Source of the DNA: an uncultured virus (IMG/VR IMGVR_UViG_3300043410_000946)
Lineage: Duplodnaviria; Heunggongvirae; Uroviricota; Caudoviricetes
IMG/VR virus record: IMGVR_UViG_3300043410_000946
Length of the DNA: 64,000 bases
Strand: one strand, 5' to 3'
Position numbers and translations under genes: made by a program
Part shown: positions 47,741 to 57,535 of the stretch, in pieces
Layout: the number at the start of each line of letters is the position of its first letter
Position numbering within the stretch: the stretch's first letter is position 1
Notes under the pieces: generated by a model
The model's database searches: none
What the model saw: the letters and a program-made list of their open reading frames with translations, nothing else
Told to the model about the DNA's origin: nothing

Positions 47741-48128
47741 CTCTAAGTTGATCCATTATGAACAACATTCTGTTTAATTGTACCTTATCCATACCCATGA
47801 TGTCAACTACTGATGTTGACTCTTTGTCTATTCCGTTTGAATCGCATATGGCTGTATAAAAAATATTATCCTTAATCCAAAATGCCTCACCATCCATGAT
47901 GATTACTTTTACATTAGTCTTTTTTTCATGCTTATACGATTGTGTATTCTTATTTATCTTAACATTGATATCGTCTGGAATGAGTGGTTTGACTACCTCA
48001 AAGATATGAGACTGGCTATATCGAATAACAAAGTCATCTTTCTTTATCCTTGTCTTATTTCTACTATTAAAAAACATGATAACAGAAACCCCAAGGATTG
48101 CACCAACAAGATAGTCTACACTGATCAT
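47703..48128 (-). CDS. Membrane-anchored hypothetical protein
   Basis: N-terminal TM; leaderless start. Confidence 0.6.
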   Translation of the reverse strand: MISVDYLVGAILGVSVIMFFNSRNKTRIKKDDFVIRYSQSHIFEVVKPLIPDDINVKINKNTQSYKHEKKTNVKVIIMDGEAFWIKDNIFYTAICDSNGIDKESTSVVDIMGMDKVQLNRMLFIMDQLRDGETNDSGSAGD

Positions 48129-48130
48129 AA

Positions 48131-48469
48131 TTAAATTATATCATTTTTCAAAAACAAAATCCTGATAATCTCTTTTAGCATTGTTTGAGTTTCTGGATCA
48201 AGTTTGTCTACTTCTTCTTTATCTAATGCCTTTTCAGTAATGGTTACAACAGGATTTTGTTCAGTAATGTCCATTGACAAAAATCTATTTTCCCAAAGAA
48301 ACATTATTTCTCTAGAAAAACACGACTGAGTTTCATTGTATAGTTCTGGATATAGTTCTTTAAAACTATCAGTGAAGTTATAAAGAAACTCTCCAGTTGT
48401 GCTATCAATGCCACAAACTTCTATTGCACCCTCAAGAAGCATCTTCTCGATTTGTGAGTTTTCATCCAT
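48131..48469 (-). CDS. Hypothetical protein, paralog of 60207-60461
   Basis: L.GAIEV.GIDS.TGE.LY. Confidence 0.6.
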   Translation of the reverse strand: MDENSQIEKMLLEGAIEVCGIDSTTGEFLYNFTDSFKELYPELYNETQSCFSREIMFLWENRFLSMDITEQNPVVTITEKALDKEEVDKLDPETQTMLKEIIRILFLKNDII

Positions 48470-48763
48470 TTACTCTGAAGCATCTGTTCCAGTATTAGAT
48501 AGATAAAAATTTTCAAGAGTTGCGTAGTCTCTTGGACCTTCATGACTCTTTACAAAGTTATCATTTTCATCTGCAATAACAAAAGCAGGAAACATTGTGG
48601 AGTTTAGTTTTGTGCTAAGTTCCTTATAGTTATCCTGAGTATCTAAAACCAAAAATATATTTCCATTGGTATGATACTTTCTCATTAATTCAAATACTGA
48701 AGGCTTTGCCTCTTTGCAGAATGAACACCAGTCTGCAACAAACATATAAAACTTATTATTCAT
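48470..48763 (-). CDS. Thioredoxin-like protein
   Basis: ADWCSFCK and FP motif. Confidence 0.8.
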   Translation of the reverse strand: MNNKFYMFVADWCSFCKEAKPSVFELMRKYHTNGNIFLVLDTQDNYKELSTKLNSTMFPAFVIADENDNFVKSHEGPRDYATLENFYLSNTGTDASE

Positions 48764-49059
48764 TAGTATGAATCTCCCTTTGCTCTATTCTCTACCAACT
48801 TCTCACGCTCATCAAGGATAGTGATCGCAAAACTCATCATCTTTTTGTATCCCCCTGCGCTATCCATAATCTTATTATAATGATGACCACAGAATAGAAG
48901 GTCGCCGTTAATGCCAGTAACTTGTACTAGCGCTTCTGCACCACACTGATCACACCTGTCCTTTGGACTAAGCACCCAAGAGACTTCTGTTTCTTCTTTT
49001 AGCATTGTAAACATTATACTACTTCTTTCTGTTATCAGTTGAATAGAATCCAGGACCAT
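48763..49059 (-). CDS. Actinobacterial-type Zn-finger protein (DRCDxCGAxA...LLFCGHH)
   Basis: Motif seen directly. Confidence 0.65.
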   Translation of the reverse strand: MVLDSIQLITERSSIMFTMLKEETEVSWVLSPKDRCDQCGAEALVQVTGINGDLLFCGHHYNKIMDSAGGYKKMMSFAITILDEREKLVENRAKGDSY

Positions 49060-49204
49060 TCAGAATGAACCCTGCATTTAAGTATACACGGTTTAGTGCT
49101 GAATTGCAAGTCTCACAATTGTATCCTGGATCATCATCCATCATTGAACGAAATTTTTGTACTACTGTCTTACATTCTGGACAGGTGTAATCATATGTAG
49201 GCAT
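49019..49204 (-). CDS. FmdB-family Zn-ribbon protein
   Basis: MPTYDYTCPEC...CETC...GPGFYSTD. Confidence 0.85.
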   Translation of the reverse strand: MPTYDYTCPECKTVVQKFRSMMDDDPGYNCETCNSALNRVYLNAGFILNGPGFYSTDNRKK

Positions 49205-49611
49205 TACTTACCGCTCTTTTTCCTTGCTGCTGCTAGTGCTTCAAAGTCTTTGATCTTTGTTTCTCCAAGGTATCCCCAAGCATAACCATCATTGATCATC
49301 TTGTTATTAACAGACTCAGACTCTCCATTGATATATACCCAGCCCAAAATGCGACCATACTTTTCAGATGAGTCCATCTTTTCAGTGCGAATAACTACAG
49401 ACTTAGCATCCTTGAGTTGCTTCTTAAGGTATTCCTTTGCTTCAAGCCCAAGAACCTTTTCAGCCTTATCAGATGTGCGAGATTCAGGGGTATCAATACC
49501 AGCCAATCTTACACGAGATGCAAATAGGATATCAAATCCTAAATCAATAAGAACATCAATGGTATCTCCGTCAACAACATTTTCTACTTTTCTTACATAG
49601 TATTCATACAT
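49204..49611 (-). CDS. Thermonuclease (SNase-like)
   Basis: VVDGDTID, RVRLAGIDTPE, KYGRIL. Confidence 0.9.
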   Translation of the reverse strand: MYEYYVRKVENVVDGDTIDVLIDLGFDILFASRVRLAGIDTPESRTSDKAEKVLGLEAKEYLKKQLKDAKSVVIRTEKMDSSEKYGRILGWVYINGESESVNNKMINDGYAWGYLGETKIKDFEALAAARKKSGK

Positions 49612-50396
49612 TATTTGACACCCTTAATTTGACGATATGTTTCTTCATCAACTACACCAGTTGGCTTTAGGTTATTTTTTGTTTGGAAATTCTTTACAGC
49701 CTTTGCTGTTCCGTCTCCAAATTGTCCATCAGCAGTGATCTTTAATGCTGCCTGTACTTCCTTAACCTTTGCGCCCTTAGAACCCTTCTTTAAAGGCTTC
49801 CAGACTTGTACTGGTGGAACATCTACACCCTGAGACTTAACGACTTCTGCAAGAGCAGCCTTCTTTTCTTCTAGGGTTTTTGTTGTTGCTGTTGCTGCAT
49901 CTGGATAGTCCACCTGTCCATACCCTGCAATAAATACTGGTAGTCCCTTTTTGTTTGGACCATATGCACGAAGTTTAAAGCATGCTTCGCCACCATTTGA
50001 CTGGCTACCCTTTTTACCATCAGGGGATGTATTTCCTTCTCCACATAGAGCAGTTCCATCTCCATTATCCTTTACAATCCAACCAACATGGTCAATGTCA
50101 CGACCACCTGGGAAATTAAAGTAGACAACCCATCCTGGCTGTGGTCTATTGCCCTTTACTGGAACCCACTTGCCCATCTTCTTAAACGCTGCTACACCTG
50201 CTGGTGTATAAACAGTATTTGGAATCTTGATTCCAGCGGTATGGGCAGTCCAGTTAACAAAGGATCCACACCATGGCAAGAAGTTTGCCTTAGTGAATGC
50301 CCCATACTTTGTTTCATTATCCTTTGGACCTTCTACGGTCCCAATTTCTTTTCCAATTGTTTCTAGCAATAATGCTAGAGTACCTTTTGTTGCCAT
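49611..50396 (-). CDS. Endolysin: CHAP amidase plus peptidoglycan-binding domain
   Basis: PWCGSFV...HVG...EGNT; LKKGSKG..V..VQ..L...DG.FG..T..AV..FQ. Confidence 0.85.
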   Translation of the reverse strand: MATKGTLALLLETIGKEIGTVEGPKDNETKYGAFTKANFLPWCGSFVNWTAHTAGIKIPNTVYTPAGVAAFKKMGKWVPVKGNRPQPGWVVYFNFPGGRDIDHVGWIVKDNGDGTALCGEGNTSPDGKKGSQSNGGEACFKLRAYGPNKKGLPVFIAGYGQVDYPDAATATTKTLEEKKAALAEVVKSQGVDVPPVQVWKPLKKGSKGAKVKEVQAALKITADGQFGDGTAKAVKNFQTKNNLKPTGVVDEETYRQIKGVK

Positions 50397-50438
50397 GGTA
50401 TTCCTCCATCTATTTGTCTAAAGACACACTCTATTATA

Positions 50439-50717
50439 TCAGAACTCAGCCTGGCCTGTCAATCTGTTATGTGTTCTTATTCTGTGACAGTTTGCACAAA
50501 CAACTTCACATTTTGATATTTCTTTTTTTATTGCTGCCCATGAAAATCCATCATGGATCATTCTAGAGACATTATATTTTTTATCTTTTATGTGATCAAA
50601 ATCTAAAACAATATGATTAGTTTCTCCACAATCAACACAACCAGAAGCGACCTTAATCTCCATCAGTTTTTTCTTAAACTGTTGCTTATTATAATGCTTG
50701 AGTTCTTTATCAGTCAT
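50439..50717 (-). CDS. HNH endonuclease
   Basis: CVDCG...LDFDH...CEVVCANCHRIRT. Confidence 0.85.
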   Translation of the reverse strand: MTDKELKHYNKQQFKKKLMEIKVASGCVDCGETNHIVLDFDHIKDKKYNVSRMIHDGFSWAAIKKEISKCEVVCANCHRIRTHNRLTGQAEF

Positions 50718-50745
50718 TGATATTATTATACCGCTAAATATTTAG

Positions 50746-50827
50746 GTCCTATGCAGGTAATTCAAGCACTATGGCCCGTGGTCATAAATATGGGTAACTA
50801 ATCCATCTCTAAGGTCCTGCATAGGAC
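50746..50827. ncRNA. Candidate three-way-junction structured element
   Basis: Perfect 12-bp stem GTCCTATGCAGG/CCTGCATAGGAC enclosing two hairpins. Confidence 0.45.
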
Positions 50828-50851
50828 ACTATAATCATATCACTTTATTTG

Positions 50852-50925
50852 CGATCCGTACGGGACTTGAACCCGTGACCTCCACCGTGACAGGGTGGCG
50901 AACTAACCAACTATTCTAACGGACC
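50852..50925 (-). tRNA. tRNA-Asp(GTC)
   Basis: CCACC-CTGTCAC-GGTGG. Confidence 0.9.
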
Positions 50926-50927
50926 AA

Positions 50928-51003
50928 TGGCTGGGGATGCAGGCCTCGATCCTGCGACTTGCGAATTAACAGTTCGCCACTCTACCAACTGAGTTAATCC
51001 CCA
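50928..51003 (-). tRNA. tRNA-Asn(GTT)
   Basis: GCGAA-CTGTTAA-TTCGC; encoded CCA; atypical T-loop ATCGAGG. Confidence 0.85.
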
Positions 51004-51011
51004 CCGTTCTC

Positions 51012-51824
51012 TTAGTTAGAGAGAACCTGAACCACCTTTGCAGATGGATCAATACTATTCTTATTTGATGCAATTGCAACTGTTGCAGCAGATGTTGTGA
51101 ATTCTACTGAGCCAAACCAAGGAGCAACTGTTTTCATATTAGAAGTCTTACTTGTGTTTACTAGTATACCAGAAACATCAGCAAGTGCGCTATGATATTT
51201 TGCTCCAGATAAAGACCCTACAGAGATTACATCTGGAACACATGCTGGATACTGCAGAGCCTTTGTGCTATCATTTCCTGCTGCTGCATATACTGGAACA
51301 TTTGAAGACTTTAGCGTTGAAACCAAAGACCTAATTGATGAGTCCATTACTGCAACTGATCCACCTTGTGATGAGATCTTGCATTCTCCTGGCTTTGCAT
51401 TTGAGTTTGTAAGGTTATATGAAAATGATACAGCGCTTACATTAGACTTATTTGCATTTGTCCATGTCAATGCTTTGATAAAATCAGAACCATCCAGTGT
51501 TGAGACTGATGTTGCACCTGTTCTCTTGTTAATTGTAACTTCCTCTGTTTGAACTAAAACAAGTGTTGCTGTTGGGTTTTGTTCACGAGCAATTGAAGCC
51601 ATGATTGTTCCGTGATTTGACGGATCTGTTCCAAGTCCTGGCTTTAGAATAGCCTTGTTCACACACTTGTCTGATGCCAAACAAACAAATTCAACGCTTC
51701 CAGAAATCTTTGACGCATCAAAGTAACTATCTACGATTACAATTCTTTCACCAACTGCTGCCTGTGATTGAACTGGTACTACAACTGAAAACAATACTGC
51801 TACTAGTGCTACGATTTTCTTCAT
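51012..51824 (-). CDS. Secreted subtilisin-like (S8) protease
   Basis: Signal peptide; IVIVDS, NHGT, AAAGND, YPAC...VISVG, TSAA. Confidence 0.75.
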   Translation of the reverse strand: MKKIVALVAVLFSVVVPVQSQAAVGERIVIVDSYFDASKISGSVEFVCLASDKCVNKAILKPGLGTDPSNHGTIMASIAREQNPTATLVLVQTEEVTINKRTGATSVSTLDGSDFIKALTWTNANKSNVSAVSFSYNLTNSNAKPGECKISSQGGSVAVMDSSIRSLVSTLKSSNVPVYAAAGNDSTKALQYPACVPDVISVGSLSGAKYHSALADVSGILVNTSKTSNMKTVAPWFGSVEFTTSAATVAIASNKNSIDPSAKVVQVLSN

Positions 51825-51994
51825 TATTGACCTTCCATTAGTCTGATTACTACACAACATGGGTCGCCACCTTGGTCCCACTCTTCTACTTCTTCTTCAC
51901 TCATATACTGGTATCCACCATCATGAGTGTTGCAGTAGGGTTCTGTAACCCATCCCTCTTCAATGCCTAACATTAACCATTCATCGAACTTCAT
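51824..51994 (-). CDS. Small hypothetical protein
   Basis: Leaderless; GW...PYCNTHDG...GGDPC; read manually. Confidence 0.6.
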   Translation of the reverse strand: MKFDEWLMLGIEEGWVTEPYCNTHDGGYQYMSEEEVEEWDQGGDPCCVVIRLMEGQ

Positions 51995-52031
51995 ATTATA
52001 AGTATACCCTTTCAGATATTGCTTGTCAAAT

Positions 52032-53678
52032 CTATTTGCCGTTCCATTTTGCTAATTCATCTTGTAAAAGATCAAGACCCATTGGACCAAGTTTGAGCGC
52101 ATAGTTATGAAATTTCTTAAGGTCAAACTTATCACCAAGGCGTTTCTTTGCATCTTCACGAGCATCAAGCCAAACCTTCTCGCCAAGTTTATAAGTAACA
52201 GCCTGACCTGACCAAGAAATATAACGCTTTACTTCATTAACAGCATAATCATGATTTAGTAATGCAAACTCTTCCATAAACTTGACAGCACTATCAAAGT
52301 TCCAAACCTTACCCTCGTATGGGTCAGTGTACTCTAGGTGTAGTCCAATGTCTACTACTAGTCTTGCTGCTCTCATTGCTTGGCACATTAAGTACCCCAT
52401 TTTATATCCAGGGTCCTCAAAGTATCCAAGTTCATCCATTAGGCGTTCTGAGTATAATGCCCAACCTTCTCCATACCCTGAATTCCATGCATTTTCACGT
52501 TGGTAACGAGTTAGAGTTTCTTTATTTAAAATAGAATAAGCCATCTGCATATGGTGTCCAGGAACTGACTCATGAAACCAAGTAGAATAGTTTTCCCATG
52601 TAGTAAATCTAGTACGCCCTAATACTGGATAAATAGTCTTGCCTGGACGAGTCATATCGTCTGAAGGAGGGGTGTAGTATGGAGACGCATCAATTGTATT
52701 TTCATCTAATTCTACGCTACACTGTCTCATCGCAACAGGAATTGTAAAAACTGTTCCTGATAAATCTTTTATTGCTTGCTTTGTTACACCCTCAAGAAAT
52801 GCTTTAAAATTATCTTTTCCATCAATATAGTATTTTGGGTTATTGTTTAGATAATCACGTACCTCTACTAAACTATTAAACTCTCCCCATTCTTTTGATA
52901 ATTGCCACATGTCATGATTAATGCGATTAATCTCATCAATACCCCATTGATAAATTCTGAATGGATCAATATCCAAACCAGTATACTCTTTAACATTTTT
53001 TAGATATCTATCCTTACCAACAGCATAATTATTTTTAGCCATAGGCATATATTTAACTTCTAGCCATGCTGACAACTGTTCGCATGCTGCATCTGCATTT
53101 TTTGCTGCTTTCATAAGGCGTTTATCATTTTTATCTAAACCTTTTGCAAATTCCTGAAATGAACCAGAAGCATAATTATTTAAAACCTCAATCAAAAATT
53201 GAACACGAACTTTAGCGTTTACAATGTTAAGTCGTGCAACATCATTAAGGGCAGTAGTCCACTCAGTAAATGCTGCAGGAATCTTTTCCATACGCTTGAT
53301 AATATCAAGAATATCTCTGCGAGTTTCTTTTGGCATAACTTCAAAAACTTCAAATATTGATTGTGGTTCTGAGTATATTGAACCAAAATCTGCGTACATA
53401 TAAAAATCATTGGCATCATTGATATATGTTTCAATGTCTCTAAGGATAATCTTTTTAGCCAACTCATCGTGAGAATCTAGACATTTTGCCTCAGAGATCT
53501 TTTTATGGTATGATTTTGCTATTCTTACAAATGGATCAACTGGATGAAATGAATAATCATTCCAGTGTATGTTTTGATCCGTTTTATTTGCATATGTAGA
53601 GGCAATGGCATCATAGTCTAGAGTTTTATCAAAATATTCTTGACATAGTTTAAACACTAATGAGCGTGACTTAGCCAT
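52032..53678 (-). CDS. DUF885-family protein (zincin-like)
   Basis: HESVPGHHMQ, GYGEGWALYSE, RAARLVVDIGLH, EV.RY...GQA..YKLG, FDLKKFH. Confidence 0.9.
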   Translation of the reverse strand: MAKSRSLVFKLCQEYFDKTLDYDAIASTYANKTDQNIHWNDYSFHPVDPFVRIAKSYHKKISEAKCLDSHDELAKKIILRDIETYINDANDFYMYADFGSIYSEPQSIFEVFEVMPKETRRDILDIIKRMEKIPAAFTEWTTALNDVARLNIVNAKVRVQFLIEVLNNYASGSFQEFAKGLDKNDKRLMKAAKNADAACEQLSAWLEVKYMPMAKNNYAVGKDRYLKNVKEYTGLDIDPFRIYQWGIDEINRINHDMWQLSKEWGEFNSLVEVRDYLNNNPKYYIDGKDNFKAFLEGVTKQAIKDLSGTVFTIPVAMRQCSVELDENTIDASPYYTPPSDDMTRPGKTIYPVLGRTRFTTWENYSTWFHESVPGHHMQMAYSILNKETLTRYQRENAWNSGYGEGWALYSERLMDELGYFEDPGYKMGYLMCQAMRAARLVVDIGLHLEYTDPYEGKVWNFDSAVKFMEEFALLNHDYAVNEVKRYISWSGQAVTYKLGEKVWLDAREDAKKRLGDKFDLKKFHNYALKLGPMGLDLLQDELAKWNGK

Positions 53679-53779
53679 GTTAATCCCATCTAGTAGTATG
53701 CTGAATCCCCCTCTAAGATGGGGTATATCTAGTATACCAGCACTTAAAGGGGGAGTCAAATACCCTTAAATATGAGTAA

Positions 53780-54079
53780 TTATGCTATTTTTGATTTTGC
53801 TCTGCGTCTTTCTACTGCTTGGTCTTGTACTGTTACTGCATTTTTGTCTGTTGTAGAAAATGCTGCATTGATCTCATCTCTTGTAAGTTTCCCGTCATCC
53901 ATAAATGCACGAGATAACTTCTCAACTACTACCGCTACTGCACTAAGCCCAGCAACTGTCATAGCCTTTGCTACAGGAACTCCTGCAACTGCTCCTGCTC
54001 CAATAACTGCAAGTGCATTTGCTGCAAATGTTGCAACAATACGCATAAGGATGTTCCAAATATTTGTTATGCTATTCAT
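53780..54079 (-). CDS. Membrane protein (holin-like)
   Basis: Two TM segments; DDGKLT..EIN. Confidence 0.6.
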   Translation of the reverse strand: MNSITNIWNILMRIVATFAANALAVIGAGAVAGVPVAKAMTVAGLSAVAVVVEKLSRAFMDDGKLTRDEINAAFSTTDKNAVTVQDQAVERRRAKSKIA

Positions 54080-54081
54080 AT

Positions 54082-54252
54082 TTAGTCCTCCTCTCTATTT
54101 CTAATTGGATAACTTAATACCCAAGTTAGACATGTAATAATAATTCCATAACCAACTACGACTTTGGCACTTCCGTCCAAAACTACCCAGGCGATGAACA
54201 TGCCCAGAAGGGTCCACTGTTGATCAAGAATATCTTTTAATAGTTTTACCAT
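54082..54252 (-). CDS. Small membrane protein
   Basis: 56 aa hydrophobic ORF (QWTLLGMFIAWVVLDG), read manually. Confidence 0.6.
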   Translation of the reverse strand: MVKLLKDILDQQWTLLGMFIAWVVLDGSAKVVVGYGIIITCLTWVLSYPIRNREED

Positions 54253-56411
54253 CTTTCATTCCTCCTTGAACCGCCTGAATTTGTTCCACCACTTGGTCCA
54301 GATGAACCACCACCTGTAGGTGCTGATCCACCAGTTGCAGCCCCAACAGCATTTAATGCTGCACCTGCTGCCACTACTGTTGCTACAACCATTTCGGTTG
54401 CTTCTTTTCTTTCTTCTGGAGACATATCTGCTCCAATACTTCCAAGGGCTGCAAGAGCAGCACCTGGGTCTGTAAATAATTCTTCAACTAGTGCTCCAGG
54501 ATCTGATATTAGTTCAACCTGTGCAGCAACTTCTGCTGTAATAATAACAGCATTTCCATTTTCATCTGTTCTGACATCTACTGGTGTTGCAGGTGGAAGA
54601 TCAGCATAGGATATTCCAGATGCTTTTACTTCTGCTGCAGATAAAGATTCACCTGGTTGTAAGTTTGCTACTAAATTTTCTACTACTACTTCTTTTTGTG
54701 CTTCAGTTAACTTACCTTCTTCAGCAGCCTTCTTCAAGGCTTCTTCTTCTGCCTTGGCCTTTGCTGCTTCTTCTGCTTTCTTTGCTTCTAATGCTTTTGC
54801 TTCCTCTTCCGCTTTTGCTTTGGCTTCCGCATCAGCCTTAGCCTTAGCCTCTTCCTCTGCTAATCTTTCTGCTTCAGCCTTTGCTTCTGCTTCTGCTTTG
54901 GCTTTAGCCTCTGCCTCTGCTGCTAAACGATCTGCCTCTGCTTTTGCTTCAGCATCTGCTTTAGCCTGTGCTTCTTCTGCTGCTTTCTTTGCAGCCTCTT
55001 CAGCAGCAATACGATCTGCCTCTGCTTTCTTTGCTGCTTCTTCTGCTGCTATTCTGTCAGCCTCAGCCTTTGCTGCAGCCTCTGCTGCTGCTTTGGCTTC
55101 TGCTTCTGCTTTAATTCTTGCTTGCTCTGCTGCATATGCTTCTGCTGCAGCAACTCTTGCAGCCTCTGCTGCTATTGCTGCTTGTCTAGCAATCTCTGCT
55201 TGTCTTGCTTCTTCAGCAATTCTTGCTCTCTCTGCTTCTTCTGCAGCAAGTGTTGAAACAACCAATGTCTGTGCTGCTGTGACATTATTATTCATATTAG
55301 TAACTGCAACATCAACTGCTATAAGGGCAGATACTAGATTATTTTCTGCAGTTGTTAGATTAGTTTGTGCCTCTGTTAAATCTTCCTGCGCTACTTCAAG
55401 ATCTGTTTCTAATACATCAAGGGTTGCCTGAGCAACTTGAAGATCTGTTTGTGCTGTTTGCAATGCCGCAATCTGTTCTGGTGTTGCAGATGTAGTAGAA
55501 AATTCAGATGCAGGAATTACTGACCATGAGCCATCTCCATTGTATCTCATTAATGCAACTGATGCTCCACCACCATTTTCATAAAACCAAAATTCAAAAT
55601 CCTTACCAACTCCTGCTGTTGTTTGAACTGCAGCAGTTGATCCTCCACCACCCTTGTCATACCAATCATTAATAACTAGTTGTCCATCTAAATATAATCT
55701 TGTTCCATCATCTGCTGGTGCATAAATCCATTGTGTCCCAGTGTATTGTGGAGTCCAAATACCTTCCCACTTAACTTGGAAATCTTCAGGGTATGTGTTA
55801 GCAGGGCCTCCACCACCATACTGTTCATTAATTCCATTTGTGTCAGTAGTTACAGATACAACTGTTCCAGCACCTTGTGGAGGAGCATTATTATATCCAC
55901 GATCCTGATAAACAGTCATAGTCAGACCAGGACTTGTATTTTCATTAACTACTGCTGTTGCTGAGTCTACAATATCTAATTTAATTTCAACTGTGGCTGT
56001 TTGTGAATCTACTGCTATTTGAGAAATTTGTACATTTTCTTGAGCATCTTCTACTGCTACCGTTGCAGAATCAACCTGAGCCACAGCCACAGTAGCACTA
56101 TCTACTACTGCTTGAGCCTGTATGATAGAGTCCTGAGCCTGTGTGATAGTGGCTGTAATGGTCTCTGTAGGGCTTGTAATGGCTTCTGCTTGGGTTTCTA
56201 CCTGTGCCGTGGTTGTTTCAGCCTGAGTTATAGCAGTCTGCGCTGACTCAATAATGGCTGTAGGCGTTAAACTTGTCGCTGTAGATGTGTCTGATGGGGG
56301 TGTTTGGACCGTGACTGTTTCATCAGCATGCGCCTTTTGCTGTGGAGAAAGTAAAACCCACAGTGCTAGTAATAATGCTATAAGTGCTGATCGTTGAAGT
56401 AATCTTTTTAT
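54246..56411 (-). CDS. Secreted/surface protein with PA14 domain and EAK-rich stalk; probable ATA start
   Basis: Frame open to ATA 56411 with GGAGAGG RBS and a signal peptide ending AHA-D; PA14 motif F.VKWEG...ADDG.RLYLDGQLVINDW. Confidence 0.75.
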   Translation of the reverse strand: MKRLLQRSALIALLLALWVLLSPQQKAHADETVTVQTPPSDTSTATSLTPTAIIESAQTAITQAETTTAQVETQAEAITSPTETITATITQAQDSIIQAQAVVDSATVAVAQVDSATVAVEDAQENVQISQIAVDSQTATVEIKLDIVDSATAVVNENTSPGLTMTVYQDRGYNNAPPQGAGTVVSVTTDTNGINEQYGGGGPANTYPEDFQVKWEGIWTPQYTGTQWIYAPADDGTRLYLDGQLVINDWYDKGGGGSTAAVQTTAGVGKDFEFWFYENGGGASVALMRYNGDGSWSVIPASEFSTTSATPEQIAALQTAQTDLQVAQATLDVLETDLEVAQEDLTEAQTNLTTAENNLVSALIAVDVAVTNMNNNVTAAQTLVVSTLAAEEAERARIAEEARQAEIARQAAIAAEAARVAAAEAYAAEQARIKAEAEAKAAAEAAAKAEADRIAAEEAAKKAEADRIAAEEAAKKAAEEAQAKADAEAKAEADRLAAEAEAKAKAEAEAKAEAERLAEEEAKAKADAEAKAKAEEEAKALEAKKAEEAAKAKAEEEALKKAAEEGKLTEAQKEVVVENLVANLQPGESLSAAEVKASGISYADLPPATPVDVRTDENGNAVIITAEVAAQVELISDPGALVEELFTDPGAALAALGSIGADMSPEERKEATEMVVATVVAAGAALNAVGAATGGSAPTGGGSSGPSGGTNSGGSRRNERW

Positions 56412-56512
56412 TTCCTCTCCCCCTATTTACACGATGTGTAATAGGCTTATTATAGCATTTTATTGCAACAAAAAAGGGAGCCTATCTCTAGACTCCCCTA
56501 ATTGTTAGAAGA

Positions 56513-57535
56513 TTACTTCTTAAGTGCAACCTTAGCCTTTGGATTCTTAGCGTTCCACTTCTTAGCAAGAGCGTTGTACTCTGCCTTGTATGCTGCTGCT
56601 GCAACATCTGCTGCTGCCTTAGCAGTTGCAGTTGCTGTATCTGCTGCAGTCTTTGTAGCAGCGTGTGCTACCTTCTCTGCTGCAAGTGCTGCGTTTGCTG
56701 TAGCAAGGTCTGCCTTTGCTGCTGCAAGTTGTGCTTGAAGTGATGCAAGAGCATCCGCTGGATTTGTAACAGAAGCAAACTTTGTAACAGTCTTAACTGC
56801 TGGAGCGAATCCTGCAACATCTGTTGCTGTGATTGCTACTGAAAGTGCTGCTGTTCCTGCTACTGCAGGTGCTGTAAGATCAAATACGAATGTTCCTGTT
56901 GCTGTATCAGATACAGAAACTGAACCAAGTGTTGCATTGATTGCAGATACTGTTGGAACAGTTGTTACAACTGGATTTCCAAAGATATCTGTTGTCTTTG
57001 CGTAGACCTTTGAAACTGTTGAGATTGCTGCAGTATCTGCGCCTACAACTGAAAGGTTGTATGCAGGACCTGCTGATCCCTTAACATAGTAAGTTGTTGT
57101 GTTTCCACCAACTGTTACTACAACTGTTCCTGGATTTACTGACTTTGTAAACACATAGAAGTCAGCAGTTGTGCCTGTTCCTGTGCTAATTGAAAGTGTT
57201 GATGTACCTGCTGATGCAGTTACTGGTGCTGACACTGTTGCAAGTGCTGGCACGATTGATGCGTTTGTCGCAAGTGCTGAGACTACTGTTCCAGTGTCTA
57301 GTCCAGTGATAGCAATCTTAAGTGCATCTGCAGAGTCAACTGAGTTGTCTGCTGGCACTGGAAGTACTGCTGGATTTGATACAACTGTTCCTGTTGCTAC
57401 AGATGATCCACCTACAGATAATGCTGTAGATGCTGCCTGTGCAGGAAGAATTGCTAGAACTGAGCCAGTCAAGGCTGCAGCGATGACGACGGCGGTTTTC
57501 TTAAACGAATTCATTTTATTCCTTTTCTTGTTCAT
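56513..57535 (-). CDS. Secreted Ala/Thr-rich S-layer/Ig-like protein
   Basis: Signal peptide ending AQA; DIFGN; C-terminal YNALAKKWN. Confidence 0.65.
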   Translation of the reverse strand: MNKKRNKMNSFKKTAVVIAAALTGSVLAILPAQAASTALSVGGSSVATGTVVSNPAVLPVPADNSVDSADALKIAITGLDTGTVVSALATNASIVPALATVSAPVTASAGTSTLSISTGTGTTADFYVFTKSVNPGTVVVTVGGNTTTYYVKGSAGPAYNLSVVGADTAAISTVSKVYAKTTDIFGNPVVTTVPTVSAINATLGSVSVSDTATGTFVFDLTAPAVAGTAALSVAITATDVAGFAPAVKTVTKFASVTNPADALASLQAQLAAAKADLATANAALAAEKVAHAATKTAADTATATAKAAADVAAAAYKAEYNALAKKWNAKNPKAKVALKK

